From a virus, in the IMG/VR virus record IMGVR_UViG_3300037722_001025, positions 1 to 64,000 of that record: a stretch of 64,000 bases of DNA; one strand, 5' to 3'. Position 1 is the stretch's first letter; each line of letters opens with the position of its first letter. Positions 1 through 10,160 of the stretch are shown in pieces. Position numbers and translations under genes: made by a program. Under the pieces are notes generated by a model. It searched no databases and had not been told where the DNA came from. It worked only from the letters and a program-made list of their open reading frames with translations.

Positions 1-58
1 ACCATCTCGAATTGTGTAATAAATTACAGCTTTAACTTTCAAAGTCAGGAGACACCTA

Positions 59-385
59 ATGGAGCCAATGACTGTAATTATTTCCCAAGAAGCAGTACTG
101 TACTTTAAAGTTTTCACCTGGGTATTGGGTGGTTTGTTTGGGCTTTTTGGTGCTGTTCTCGGAATGCTGGTTTGGCTAGTCATTAGAATTGTCCACCGTA
201 ATGATAATGCCCATAATGATTTGTGGAATACTGTTAATCCTCTCAAAGCTTCACATGAACATCTACTCGGAGAACATGAAATCAGAGGCAGTATTTGTCC
301 TGCCTTGCATCCAGAACTTCGTTTTAATTTAATCAGACCTAATCAATCCTCAACATTGAAAAAGGAGGAGGATCTTAACCCATGA
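59..385 (+). CDS. membrane protein, putative holin
   Basis: One long hydrophobic segment (VFTWVLGGLFGLFGAVLGMLVWLVI); SD AGGAG; overlaps the endolysin-like gene (ATGA). Confidence 0.5.
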   Translation: MEPMTVIISQEAVLYFKVFTWVLGGLFGLFGAVLGMLVWLVIRIVHRNDNAHNDLWNTVNPLKASHEHLLGEHEIRGSICPALHPELRFNLIRPNQSSTLKKEEDLNP

Positions 386-816
386 ATTTACAACTCAATC
401 GATTTTCTGATGGTAAAAAATCTACTGGTGGAATCCTTCTAGTGGAAGATGATTTTTTTGGGTTTACTTGTGAGGATGAATTCAGAAAAGTTAAAGTTTT
501 TGGAGAAACTCGTATTCCTAGAGGTGCTTACCAAATTCTCCTAAGAGATGAAGGTGGGATGACTGTAAAATACCGCAAACGATTTCCTTTTCATAAAGGA
601 ATGTTACACCTTCAAAATGTTCCTAATTTTGAGTGGATTTACATTCATGTGGGTAATAACGAGAAACAGACGGCGGGTTGTATTTTAATTGGATATTCTG
701 CTAATTGTGTTAATGGAGAAATCACTTTAGGTCGATCAGAGGAAGCTTACCGAGATTTGTATGAATTGATTCTCTTAGCTTTAGAAAGAGAAAAAGTTTG
801 GATAGCCATTAATTAA
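382..816 (+). CDS. DUF5675 family L,D-transpeptidase-like endolysin
   Basis: TRIPRGAY, LQNVPNFEWIYIHVGN and TAGCILIG motifs; lysis-cassette position. Confidence 0.8.
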   Translation: MNLQLNRFSDGKKSTGGILLVEDDFFGFTCEDEFRKVKVFGETRIPRGAYQILLRDEGGMTVKYRKRFPFHKGMLHLQNVPNFEWIYIHVGNNEKQTAGCILIGYSANCVNGEITLGRSEEAYRDLYELILLALEREKVWIAIN

Positions 817-826
817 AGGAGGTTTT

Positions 827-1216
827 ATGGCTCATAGTGGCACCATTATTTTTATGAGAACCGTTCCAGAGAAGGAAGATCACAGGGCACTCACTAAACC
901 TCTTTCAGTAACAACAATTGATGGCAAAACTGAAGAGATTCCTGTAGGTTTTGAATGGGATGGTAGCAGTGTTCCATGGTTCTTTCAACGAGTGTTTCCG
1001 AGACATAAACATCCCATCGCTTCTTGCAGGCATGATTGGCGTTGTACTTACACCAAAAATGCAACAGAGAGAAAATGGGCTGATGGTGAATTTCAAAAAG
1101 ATGTAGGAACTACTAGTTGGTGGATTACAAAGAAAATTGGTTTTCTTGGTGTCCGAATAGGTGCTTTTTGGACATGGTATATGAAACCCGCAATCATGAA
1201 AGGATTAGATTTATGA
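827..1216 (+). CDS. DUF1353 family protein
   Basis: IPVGFEWDGSSVP and ASCRHDW motifs typical of DUF1353. Confidence 0.75.
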   Translation: MAHSGTIIFMRTVPEKEDHRALTKPLSVTTIDGKTEEIPVGFEWDGSSVPWFFQRVFPRHKHPIASCRHDWRCTYTKNATERKWADGEFQKDVGTTSWWITKKIGFLGVRIGAFWTWYMKPAIMKGLDL

Positions 1217-1599
1217 AATACCTTTTGCTTCTCATCATGGTAGTAGTGTTTGGTTGTGCAACATTCCGCTCCCTCTCCCCTCCCCCTGATCTGGTGACAG
1301 CACTGGTCATTGAACAAGTTCTTGCTGACAAACCTGAATGGTCAGAAGCAGCTCAAGAAATTGCTAAAACAATTCTTGAACAGGCTGGAGAAATGCCTTC
1401 TATGGATACTTTGGAGAACCTTGCTTATCTGGAAATTGATAAGAGGGAATTACTTCCTGTTCAACAAAAGCTTGCATATAATATGGTTAAAAGTATTCGA
1501 GTAGGAATAGAAGAGGACCTCAAAGCAGCAGGAATCAATGATGCAATGGAAAGAAGTTTGAGAGTACTAGAATTGGTTGCTTGGATTGCTGCATTTTAA
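1213..1599 (+). CDS. lipoprotein, possibly spanin-like
   Basis: Start re-assigned to ATG 1213 (ATGA overlap); MKYLLLLIMVVVFG-C signal peptide with lipobox. Confidence 0.6.
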   Translation: MKYLLLLIMVVVFGCATFRSLSPPPDLVTALVIEQVLADKPEWSEAAQEIAKTILEQAGEMPSMDTLENLAYLEIDKRELLPVQQKLAYNMVKSIRVGIEEDLKAAGINDAMERSLRVLELVAWIAAF

Positions 1600-1651
1600 A
1601 CGTACCCAAAATTGAAAGTGTTACACTGATATGTTTCTGAAATTGGAAACG

Positions 1652-1689
1652 AAAGAGTGCTGCGGTAAGCGTTCACCGCAGCACTCTTT
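1652..1689. terminator. bidirectional intrinsic terminator between the convergent late and replication blocks
   Basis: Perfect 15-bp inverted repeat AAAGAGTGCTGCGGT / ACCGCAGCACTCTTT. Confidence 0.8.
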
Positions 1690-1720
1690 GCATGAAATCG
1701 AAAGCATTTCTTTTGATCTG

Positions 1721-2026
1721 TCAAGATCCTACTATTTCATTCGTTCTGTACCATACAAATTCATTCAAAGGCAAATGCTTACGGCACATACAACAGTAAG
1801 TAGCACCATAAAAATAAGGATTTCTTGCATATGTCTCAGCAATGGCTCTGTTCATAGTGGTAGTATTACCACATACGGTGTGCAAATAAGTGTCACGATA
1901 AGGACGGACGAATCCTTTCTTTCTTTCTTCTTCGGATAAAACAAGGTAAACTTCATTTTGGTCAGTAGGTTCTTTGTCGGTGCCTCGACCTAATCTAGGA
2001 TCTGTAGGATCATCTGTAACACTCAT
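1721..2026 (-). CDS. conserved phage protein, zinc-binding
   Basis: HxxC...CxxC; SD GGAGG. Confidence 0.7.
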   Translation of the reverse strand: MSVTDDPTDPRLGRGTDKEPTDQNEVYLVLSEEERKKGFVRPYRDTYLHTVCGNTTTMNRAIAETYARNPYFYGATYCCMCRKHLPLNEFVWYRTNEIVGS

Positions 2027-2061
2027 GTTGGTAAACCTCCATTTTTCTGATTAGTTCCTTA

Positions 2062-2421
2062 TTAAGATCCTACTAATGTCACATTTGAAGCATGCCATCC
2101 ATCGTGTCCACTCTTCCCACCGGGTAACAACTCTTTAGCCTTTTGTTGTCTCTCACGATAGACAGGATGATTGGGATCATTTTCACACCCCTTAGCATGA
2201 AACAAACCTCCAGGTTTAATACAACATTCGTCAGGACAAGATTTGTATGTTTCGATTATGCCTTTCTTAACCAAAATTTTCAGTTTCTCCTTTCCTTTTG
2301 CCCTCTCGTACAAATTCAAAGCTTCTATTAGCCTCATCATTTTCTTATGGGCCCTACTACTACCATAATTTACAGCGGCATTGTAAGTACAGGCGAAGAG
2401 GTTAGATTCCCATGCATTCAT
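2062..2421 (-). CDS. hypothetical protein
   Basis: Tiles operon (ATGA overlap). Confidence 0.6.
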   Translation of the reverse strand: MNAWESNLFACTYNAAVNYGSSRAHKKMMRLIEALNLYERAKGKEKLKILVKKGIIETYKSCPDECCIKPGGLFHAKGCENDPNHPVYRERQQKAKELLPGGKSGHDGWHASNVTLVGS

Positions 2422-2669
2422 GTTGGTAAACCTCCATTTTTCCTAGCTAATCTTTTAGCTTCTTTTTCTGAAACCAAATTCAGATGAAAACCAGTAATAT
2501 TTTCTTCTATGGTCAAAAACAGACCTTCTGTCCCACTTTCCATGACATCTTCTTCAGTTATAGTTACACTTCCTCCCAATTTCTTTACGAGAATAGCTAC
2601 AACTTTCTGCCAATGTTCCCGCATAGCTTGGGTCATACCATGATTCGGATTTAGTTCTACCATAATCAT
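2418..2669 (-). CDS. hypothetical protein
   Basis: SD AAGGAG; operon tiling. Confidence 0.6.
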   Translation of the reverse strand: MIMVELNPNHGMTQAMREHWQKVVAILVKKLGGSVTITEEDVMESGTEGLFLTIEENITGFHLNLVSEKEAKRLARKNGGLPT

Positions 2670-2673
2670 CTCC

Positions 2674-2958
2674 TTATTCTGTACAACAATCTCGAATGAA
2701 TTTAAATCCCATTGTCATAACCTGAAGAGCTTCCTTTCTAATATCATCAGGATATTGATCTTCAGCCTCAACTTCAGTTTGTAGTTCCTGAACTTCTGCT
2801 TTAAGAGCACCCAATCCTCTCTTTGGACCAGCATGTTGTTTATGTTTTTTGTCCCCCCGAACAAGTTCCAAAATCATTTCCTCAAATACCTGTTCAAGCA
2901 AATCCCGATCGTGCTTGTTTGGTACTAGATTAAAAGCTATCTGCACTCTTCTACACAT
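2674..2958 (-). CDS. MazG-like NTP pyrophosphohydrolase domain protein
   Basis: EVQEL...IRKEALQV all-alpha ExxE pattern. Confidence 0.5.
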   Translation of the reverse strand: MCRRVQIAFNLVPNKHDRDLLEQVFEEMILELVRGDKKHKQHAGPKRGLGALKAEVQELQTEVEAEDQYPDDIRKEALQVMTMGFKFIRDCCTE

Positions 2959-2968
2959 ATCATTTCCT

Positions 2969-3922
2969 TTATAAACAAGCTCTCAATTCTGCAAGATGTT
3001 TTGTATCCATATCGTATTCATCCCGAAATCCTTTGATTCGAGGAGTTCGAGGTTTATCGATGGAGCCATATCGTTGGAATTTATAAACTACTATCTTACC
3101 CAGAAACTGCTTCTGGTGGTCCCACACATATTGGCGAAAAGCATTGTCTTTACCGATAAAAATTGCACAATTGAAAGTTTCTTTCCACTTAGGTGATTTC
3201 AAGATTACTGCACCAAGTGTGCCTTTAGGTCTCAGATTTTCTTTGTGTCCTGATCTTGAGCTAGTGCCAAGTTCATTGGTAGTTTTCTCGTTCAGATTTT
3301 CCATTTGCTCCTCGAAGCCGACAATAATAGCTTCATCATCTTCGAGGGGTTTTCGTTTAAAAATCAAAGCTTCCTTGAAGGTAGCTCTGTTCTCTTTATA
3401 ATGTCCTGATAAACTTCTGGGCATTATGCCTTCATAACCAAGCCTCACTGCTTCCTCTTCAAAATTGATTACATCTTCAGGAGAATAAAGAAATCTTTGA
3501 TCTAATATTACAATGTGAGGCAACCTTAGGAGATAAAGATCAGGCATCAGGTCAATCCACCGTTCCTGATAAGAGTAACCAGGATCTCTCCAATCATCAA
3601 ATACATAATACTTGAAATCTGGTTTACCATCTGCCCTACGAATGGGTCCTGTAGTTCTATTGAACACATCATCTTCAGGGAAAGTATTGTGTGGGCAACC
3701 TACTACTAGCTCCCCATCAAGACCTTCATACTCTTCACCAGTCAAACAGTCTTGTACATACTTGTTTCCAATACGTTTAAGAGAGTTGGACAAGACTTCT
3801 TTTCCGGTAGCAATAGCACGAATTCCATCAATCTTAAAAGATCCCACAATTGGGTATTTCAGCTTATGGAGTTCATCATCCGTTATTGATTGAGTAGGAG
3901 CCTTCATGGGTCGCTTAATCAT
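2969..3922 (-). CDS. ATP-dependent DNA ligase
   Basis: Motif I KIDGIR, LDGEL, YYVFD, GYEGIM, C-terminal OB fold with KPRTP. Confidence 0.92.
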   Translation of the reverse strand: MIKRPMKAPTQSITDDELHKLKYPIVGSFKIDGIRAIATGKEVLSNSLKRIGNKYVQDCLTGEEYEGLDGELVVGCPHNTFPEDDVFNRTTGPIRRADGKPDFKYYVFDDWRDPGYSYQERWIDLMPDLYLLRLPHIVILDQRFLYSPEDVINFEEEAVRLGYEGIMPRSLSGHYKENRATFKEALIFKRKPLEDDEAIIVGFEEQMENLNEKTTNELGTSSRSGHKENLRPKGTLGAVILKSPKWKETFNCAIFIGKDNAFRQYVWDHQKQFLGKIVVYKFQRYGSIDKPRTPRIKGFRDEYDMDTKHLAELRACL

Positions 3923-3935
3923 AAGTTTCTCCTAG

Positions 3936-4574
3936 TTATTTTAATATCGACACTTTAGAATATCCTTCGATATTCTCCACATTAATGATTCTGTCCGCAG
4001 ATTCCATAATTTCTGGAATATGACTGACAATGATCATTTGGATCCCCAGATCATCAGATAGCATTTTTAGAAGGGAAGAACACTTCTCCTGCATATCTCT
4101 AGACAAAAATTTAGCTGGTTCATCCAATATTTGAATAGCTCTTGTTTTCTTTATGGACCAGATAGCCATTTGTAAAGCAAGAGCGGCAATATCTTTTGCC
4201 CCTCCTCCTGAAGATTCCATAGGATCACATTCGTTACCATCTTTTACAAAGAACATGTCACATTCAGTTTGGTTTCGGCGATCTGTAAATTTCACCTTGA
4301 ATTCATAGGGATCAGTAAACACAGAAGATAGGGCCATAGTGACTATGTTTGAAATTTGATACTCAAGTTTCTCCTGCAATTTAGCAGCCACAATTTGAGC
4401 AACCGTTCTGGCTTTTTCTGCATTCAGAAGGAACACTTCTTCGACGCCCAAATTCTGACGAGCTTTCTCCAAAGCTTCTTCAGTCATGGCTTTACGGGTA
4501 AGTAGCCTAACAAGATTATCCTTAGCTTTGTTAAGTTCTTTTTGAATGTCTAATATTGGTTCAATATCTACCAT
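3936..4574 (-). CDS. SbcC/Rad50 C-terminal half (split gene)
   Basis: Coiled coil, ABC signature SSGGG, Walker B ILDEP, H-loop IVSH; no Walker A. Confidence 0.85.
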   Translation of the reverse strand: MVDIEPILDIQKELNKAKDNLVRLLTRKAMTEEALEKARQNLGVEEVFLLNAEKARTVAQIVAAKLQEKLEYQISNIVTMALSSVFTDPYEFKVKFTDRRNQTECDMFFVKDGNECDPMESSGGGAKDIAALALQMAIWSIKKTRAIQILDEPAKFLSRDMQEKCSSLLKMLSDDLGIQMIIVSHIPEIMESADRIINVENIEGYSKVSILK

Positions 4575-4807
4575 GAAAATTTCTCTTTCAGTTTGATGAA
4601 ATCTGTTCGGATAGTGGCTTCAATTTCTTCCAGATTTTGCTGAGTTTGGGTTTGTAGTGTTTTTAGTTCTTCTACAGTGGATACACCAAGTTCAGTTTCT
4701 ACTCTTTGAATAACTTCTGAACGTCTTCCATTCAACTGGGAAACATTCAACTTGGCTTTATCAATTTCTTTTCCAAGTTTAGCCATTTCTTCTATTATTG
4801 AATCCAT
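4568..4807 (-). CDS. small coiled-coil protein, possible SbcC accessory
   Basis: Heptad-rich; overlaps start of the SbcC C-half. Confidence 0.55.
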   Translation of the reverse strand: MDSIIEEMAKLGKEIDKAKLNVSQLNGRRSEVIQRVETELGVSTVEELKTLQTQTQQNLEEIEATIRTDFIKLKEKFSW

Positions 4808-5302
4808 TCATACTCTCCTTGATTTCATGAGTTCTTTGGCTACTTCGAAACCTGCTCGGCGACCCTCTAATCCATTTTCCCAATTCTTTTTAACTGCTTC
4901 TCTCCATTCTTCTCCATGAAGTTGAGGTTCCACTTTTGTATTCCATTTTAACCACCAAGCAGGAGCGATCATCCATGAATAGTCATCAGGTGGTTCCAAA
5001 GAACTCATAGAAACCTTAAATTTAGTACAAGCACTCCTAGAATGACCGATAAGAAAAATCCAGGCTTTGTCACCAAATAGAAAATAACCAATCAAAGCTC
5101 CAAGTTCAGCATGATTATTGTTGCTCTTGTTGGTTAAATAATCTTTACCACAATAACCTATGTCATGAATGATAATACAAACTATCTGCCAAAAACAAGG
5201 ATATTCTTTATACAGAATTTTCCAAGCTTTAATTACCATAATTGAGTGTATAATACTGTGACATCCAAAAAACCAACTTTTAGTACCTTCTGACATTCTC
5301 AT
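4808..5302 (-). CDS. HD-domain-like protein
   Basis: HS...IIIHDIGY...HAELGA...D pattern. Confidence 0.5.
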   Translation of the reverse strand: MRMSEGTKSWFFGCHSIIHSIMVIKAWKILYKEYPCFWQIVCIIIHDIGYCGKDYLTNKSNNNHAELGALIGYFLFGDKAWIFLIGHSRSACTKFKVSMSSLEPPDDYSWMIAPAWWLKWNTKVEPQLHGEEWREAVKKNWENGLEGRRAGFEVAKELMKSRRV

Positions 5303-5701
5303 CGATTCACCAAGTTACTGCAAAGTTAAGAACTGCGGCACTACTCCAATATAAGATCATTCTCCAATTTTCTAAACCATGTGAGGCTTGTACTATAGCT
5401 GAGAGAATACAGAGGATAATCATGATTGTAGGTATAAGTTTTGGAGATATCATTTACCACTCATTCCTTTTCTTTCAACTTTACCTCAAGATTGTGATCG
5501 AAATCTTGACACCACTTAATCCAAAGTCGGAAGAATTCACACCCTTTGGATAACTTTTCTTTGCAATCTTCCAGTGAAATTTAAGACGTTTCATTCCCTT
5601 CTCCTTTCAGCTTAAAATTATCCTCCGAAACTGACCTCAGATTGTTTAATGTGAGGTCTGATCATTTTCTTCTTTTTCATCTCTGTTTTATGCAGGAGTG
5701 A

Positions 5702-6397
5702 TCATGGGGTTTCCTTTAGGGCGCGGAGGGCTTTGCTTGCCTCATAGATTTCGTCCTCCAGTTTGTCGATTACACCATCAATAGGAAGATCCGAGTCGCG
5801 ATAGATTCGATATTTCTCTGCCGCCTTGATCAGCTTTGTCACGGCTCCGGTGTGAGGGGTGGAGTCGAGGGCTTTGCGAATGATGTTGGTGGTTAGAGGA
5901 CCAAATATACACTGCTCATCAAGTATGGATAATGCTTCCCTCAACTGCACCGCCTCTTCCCGCCAGCGGTCGATGTTTTGAGCAATATGTTCTTCCAGTG
6001 ATATCAGATCACGCCAGAAGTATTCGCTGTCGTGTGAGTAGCTGAACCGATCACATAGGCTTCGATGGAAATTTCTAAAGGCATCTCTGTAGCGGTCGTA
6101 GTCGGCTTCCAGTTCGCTGTACTTGTCCATCAGGTCGGAAACAGCCTTTTCGGCCAGGTCGCGTTCGGACTCGGCGGCATCCGCGCGGTCAAGGGCACCA
6201 CTCCACTCCGGCCCCATGTTACATGCCAGTCTAAGCCTTTCTCTCGATGCTTCTGCCTCCTCCCTCTTTCGCCGCGCCTTGGCGAGCTGGGCCCGGAGGT
6301 CTTTACACGACGGGCACCATGATGGGGCTTGGGCTACACTGCACATACAGGGGTCATTGTGGCATTGTGAACACTCACACCATTTATCGTCCTTCAT
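5702..6397 (-). CDS. coiled-coil hypothetical protein (GC-richer segment)
   Basis: Long ORF, N-terminal Cys cluster, SD-like purine run. Confidence 0.6.
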   Translation of the reverse strand: MKDDKWCECSQCHNDPCMCSVAQAPSWCPSCKDLRAQLAKARRKREEAEASRERLRLACNMGPEWSGALDRADAAESERDLAEKAVSDLMDKYSELEADYDRYRDAFRNFHRSLCDRFSYSHDSEYFWRDLISLEEHIAQNIDRWREEAVQLREALSILDEQCIFGPLTTNIIRKALDSTPHTGAVTKLIKAAEKYRIYRDSDLPIDGVIDKLEDEIYEASKALRALKETP

Positions 6398-6410
6398 TCC
6401 CCTTCTCCCT

Positions 6411-6602
6411 TCATCTGGTTGTACCCCAAGACAAAGGCGCTGGCTTTTTCGTAATTAAACGATTTTCCATTACTCCAACAGATCTTTTGCTACATCCCTC
6501 TATCCACCCCCAAGAATACCCCGACGTGCTTGGGTGCCTGTTTGTATGGATAGACAGTCGATCTTTTATCGGCTCAATTTCTTGCCCGCAACAGTCTTTC
6601 AT
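6411..6602 (-). CDS. hypothetical protein
   Basis: Start re-assigned to ATG 6602 (ATGA overlap, GGAGG upstream). Confidence 0.4.
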   Translation of the reverse strand: MKDCCGQEIEPIKDRLSIHTNRHPSTSGYSWGWIEGCSKRSVGVMENRLITKKPAPLSWGTTR

Positions 6603-7192
6603 TCCTTTCCTCCTTTCTCCATCTCCGCTATGCTGGAGCGGATAGCGGCGGCGACATCGATGCAAACAGAAATCCCGCACATTACATCTTCACCTTTAGC
6701 GGTCCAGTGGTTAAACCTATCCTCGGCAATCTTCGCCGCCTCCTCCATCCCCTCGATACAGAGACGGTTGGCGGTACCGGGGGTGGGGAGGGAAAGAGTT
6801 TCATCTATGGCTGTAACTAGGTCACTTTCGTTTTTGTGTGCGCAAGGAATTAAATGAATCGCGTCATTTAAAAGTTCTTCCAATTCACCCACCCTCGCCG
6901 CCAGATCGTCCCTCTCGCGGGTGAGGCTCTTGATTTCATTTTTCAGATCATCATTTGCGGCAGAGAAGCCGTTTGCAATAGTATAAAGCGTCTCCCTCTC
7001 GCGGGTGAGGGCGGCAATTTTATGCTCCGACTCGTGTACTGCTTTCAATAAGTTGGGCCGTTCTTCCCGGAGGACCTTCAATTCTTCATTCTCGCGGGTG
7101 AGGGCGGCGTTTTCATACTGCAAAAGGTGAATAGGGCACACACATTGGACACCGCTGTTCTCGGTACATTTGAAGTTATATTCCTTACCCAT
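6599..7192 (-). CDS. coiled-coil protein with LTRE repeats
   Basis: Start re-assigned to 7192 (GAGGGAG SD); three (AA/S)LTRE repeats. Confidence 0.6.
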   Translation of the reverse strand: MGKEYNFKCTENSGVQCVCPIHLLQYENAALTRENEELKVLREERPNLLKAVHESEHKIAALTRERETLYTIANGFSAANDDLKNEIKSLTRERDDLAARVGELEELLNDAIHLIPCAHKNESDLVTAIDETLSLPTPGTANRLCIEGMEEAAKIAEDRFNHWTAKGEDVMCGISVCIDVAAAIRSSIAEMEKGGKE

Positions 7193-7400
7193 CTCCCTCG
7201 CTCCCTTGTTTTGCCTTTTCTGTCCACACACTAATTTTGCCACAACAAGTGCATATCCTAATTATCGGGGATAAATACCCCCACAACCCACCACAAGCCC
7301 CACAGACCCTCATTGAACGCTTAACAAAGCTAGACGGATAATGCTCTGGATTTGAGGCTACTTTCATCAAAATATCCCATCTCCTTCCATCGAACTAGTA

Positions 7401-8312
7401 TTAAGTCAGACAATCAAAGAGAATTTCACTTATTTCCTTAGGAATTTCATTCTTTTCCACATATTCTTCCAAAGCATCCGTAAAATTCAACTTTAAAATT
7501 TCACTCCTTCCATCAAGAGTGTCTTTCCCTAGACTCTTGGCAAAGGCTTTCATCTGCTCATTCTTTTCTTTTTCCTTTTCTGCTTTCTTAATCTGCATAA
7601 CTTCTTCAAAGGGTTTACAATCTATGTCTACAATTTCAAGACCCTTATTTTCTGTATCATAAATACAAATAGCTGGGTGATGGTTTATTTGAGCTATAGT
7701 GGATCGACCCAAACTTCCCATATTCACAAGATGTTTCTGGTGTTTACTGACAGTGAATTGTTGGTGATTGTCACCAGAAACAATCAGATCAAACTTATTT
7801 TTGAGGAGTATATGGTTAGCCCAAGTGTGTCCTTCTTGTTCTGCCCATAATTTTTCATCAATAATCATTTGGTGAATGGCAAGGATGTTTGTGTAAGAAA
7901 GGGTAGCTATTTCTGGAATTCCTTTCTTCCAAGAAGCTCCATAGAAAGCTACTTCATTATTGATAATTAAAGGATTATCAGTTAGAAGAGTAATGGCACC
8001 TGATGCCAAAACAGTTTCAAGAGCGGTACCAGAAAGATCCTCATTATGAAAATGCTGATCATGTTGTCCAGCAACAGCCAACACTTTCACCTTATGCCTT
8101 CTAATAGTATAGATAACTTGCTGGGCTATCAGGTGATTTTCTTTGAAGGAATCAAATACATCACCAGGTAAAACCAAAACACTACAGTTTTCTTCATCAG
8201 CAATGGCTAATTCCTGACGAAATTTGTATATAATCGTATCCGAATATTTATCTATCCGATTCTTTGGTTTTCTAGTAGTGAGATGCTGGTCACCGCCACA
8301 GGCGATTCTCAT
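7401..8312 (-). CDS. SbcD/Mre11-like metallophosphoesterase nuclease
   Basis: DQH, GDVFD, GQHD, GDNH motifs; start 8312 supported by ATGA overlap with the upstream ORF. Confidence 0.9.
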   Translation of the reverse strand: MRIACGGDQHLTTRKPKNRIDKYSDTIIYKFRQELAIADEENCSVLVLPGDVFDSFKENHLIAQQVIYTIRRHKVKVLAVAGQHDQHFHNEDLSGTALETVLASGAITLLTDNPLIINNEVAFYGASWKKGIPEIATLSYTNILAIHQMIIDEKLWAEQEGHTWANHILLKNKFDLIVSGDNHQQFTVSKHQKHLVNMGSLGRSTIAQINHHPAICIYDTENKGLEIVDIDCKPFEEVMQIKKAEKEKEKNEQMKAFAKSLGKDTLDGRSEILKLNFTDALEEYVEKNEIPKEISEILFDCLT

Positions 8313-8476
8313 GATTTTAATACCCTTATTATTCTCATAATGAACAGGAAAGGCCAAATCAATGCTATGATTACACAACTGATAAAATCTTTCCAATCTT
8401 TCGGATTTTCAATCACCATAAAGAAATGAAGAACACTTCCCGTTATGTAAATCTGTAGGTAATTAATCGTTTCCAT
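8309..8476 (-). CDS. small membrane protein (55 aa, not in ORF track)
   Basis: METINYLQ...FISCVIIALIWPFLFIMRIIRVLKS; fills the gap and overlaps both neighbours. Confidence 0.55.
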   Translation of the reverse strand: METINYLQIYITGSVLHFFMVIENPKDWKDFISCVIIALIWPFLFIMRIIRVLKS

Positions 8477-8843
8477 CACGAAGTAACCCTTTACTTTTCA
8501 AAGCAGATTGGAGAATTTTTCCAGTTTGATCCTCCAAAAGTACTTTAATTTTTTCAGCCATAAATTCATCATAAATACCATGTTGATAAGGATACAGAAG
8601 GATGATATCAGAATCAAGTTGACCCCTTGATTCTACTCCTAAAGTTTCTGATTTACCATAACAAACTAATTTAGGGGCCAAATTAATAAAACCTGCACTT
8701 ACTAGAGTAAAGAAACGACCTTCTCTGCCTGTAGGCATAATTGTCCGAAGATTACGGAACATGTCAGAATGAATTAGAAAATCTGGAAAGATTATCGGTA
8801 TATCTCTCAAACCATCATTCATCATTATGTATTTAAAATCCAC
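8463..8843 (-). CDS. conserved phage protein
   Basis: SAGF...CYGKSETL motif; SD AAGGAG; promoter upstream. Confidence 0.6.
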   Translation of the reverse strand: MDFKYIMMNDGLRDIPIIFPDFLIHSDMFRNLRTIMPTGREGRFFTLVSAGFINLAPKLVCYGKSETLGVESRGQLDSDIILLYPYQHGIYDEFMAEKIKVLLEDQTGKILQSALKSKGLLRDGND

Positions 8844-8879
8844 TGTATTCTCCTTTAATATTCTGTGCTTTCTATTCTT

Positions 8880-8908
8880 ATAATATCACAGAATTTAAAA
8901 ACCTTTAA
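8880..8908 (-). promoter_or_regulatory. class II (middle) promoter
   Basis: TTAAAG-17 nt (ending TGTGA)-TATTAT. Confidence 0.6.
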
Positions 8909-10160
8909 ATTTATTTTTACTTAGGAGATCAACTTTTATTGAGGCTACAACTGAATCAGTGATAGCACTACCACAAGTAGGACAAGATTTCTTGTTTTCA
9001 ATAATGTTGGTATAATCCTCTACAAGTATTTCTAAATCCTCTTCACCTTTATTAATGGATCTTTCTATGTCAGTTAGAACAATAAGGTTTCTTTTAATCA
9101 CACCATTAAAAACTTCTTGGTTTTTATATTCACCAAGCTTTGATTCTACCAGCAAATAACTCTTTTCTACTGCTAACCAAGAGGTTTCTTCTTCTAGGTT
9201 TTCTTCAATTTCATATAAGGTTCTAATTGCTTTATTCAAGGTAGTAGCTTTATCTGCCTGCTTTTTATATTCAACAACTTGTTTGTTTATTTTTGTATAG
9301 ATGGGTTCTGCTTCCAGTATAACTTTAGTTTCTTCCAGAGCAGAATTGATTGAAGTGAGTTGGGAATAGTTTGAGGATATAAAATCTAAATCTTCTTGCA
9401 GAATTTGGTAATCTTCGAGTTTATTGATTATGTCTTGGTAAAATGGGAAGATTTCAAGCATCTTGTTCTGTTCTTCAATTTCTTTATCAATTGTGCTGAG
9501 TTTAGATAGCAAGGTAGCGATCAAATTTGAGCGGTGAGCTGTCTCCTGATGCAAAGACATATCAGCATCAAGCTTGAGAATTTGGGTTTGTACTGAGTCA
9601 AGATTTTTGTATCCTTCTAAATCATATTCCAATGAATTTATAGATTCAGTTAAAGTGGAGACTTTGCCTTTTGATCCATGAATTTTACTATTCAGCTTCT
9701 TGAAAACCTGATCAATGATATCTAACCCAACAAGTTCATTTAGTTTTTTAGCTCTGTCCCCAGAAGACATCTGTAACATGAAATAAGGCTGGTGCTGGGT
9801 TTGAATATTGTAATCAGTAATGTCCGATATTTTTTGAATTACTTCAGGGACTTCATACTTCATTGCCTCCAATTTACCTTTGAAAGCTCCCGCTTCATAG
9901 AAGTTTTTACCTTTAAGTCGATGCTTTGCAAACCATTCATTGTCGAATTCTAGAGCAACTAAAACCTCTTCTGCATCTGTAGCAGACCATGATTTAAAAG
10001 CTTCACCCATAGGTCTGCCCATTATAGCCCAAAGAATCGCTCTGATAATAGCTGATTTTCCAAAATCAGAAGAACCAGTTATGACATTCATTCTCGGATG
10101 AAATTCTATACAAGTGTCCCTGTGGCTTTGGTAGTTCTTTATTTCAATTCCTTGCAACAT
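8895..10160 (-). CDS. SbcC/Rad50 N-terminal half (split gene)
   Basis: IKNYQSH, Walker A GSSDFGKS, coiled coil, ends just after the zinc hook CPTCG. Confidence 0.85.
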   Translation of the reverse strand: MLQGIEIKNYQSHRDTCIEFHPRMNVITGSSDFGKSAIIRAILWAIMGRPMGEAFKSWSATDAEEVLVALEFDNEWFAKHRLKGKNFYEAGAFKGKLEAMKYEVPEVIQKISDITDYNIQTQHQPYFMLQMSSGDRAKKLNELVGLDIIDQVFKKLNSKIHGSKGKVSTLTESINSLEYDLEGYKNLDSVQTQILKLDADMSLHQETAHRSNLIATLLSKLSTIDKEIEEQNKMLEIFPFYQDIINKLEDYQILQEDLDFISSNYSQLTSINSALEETKVILEAEPIYTKINKQVVEYKKQADKATTLNKAIRTLYEIEENLEEETSWLAVEKSYLLVESKLGEYKNQEVFNGVIKRNLIVLTDIERSINKGEEDLEILVEDYTNIIENKKSCPTCGSAITDSVVASIKVDLLSKNKFKGF

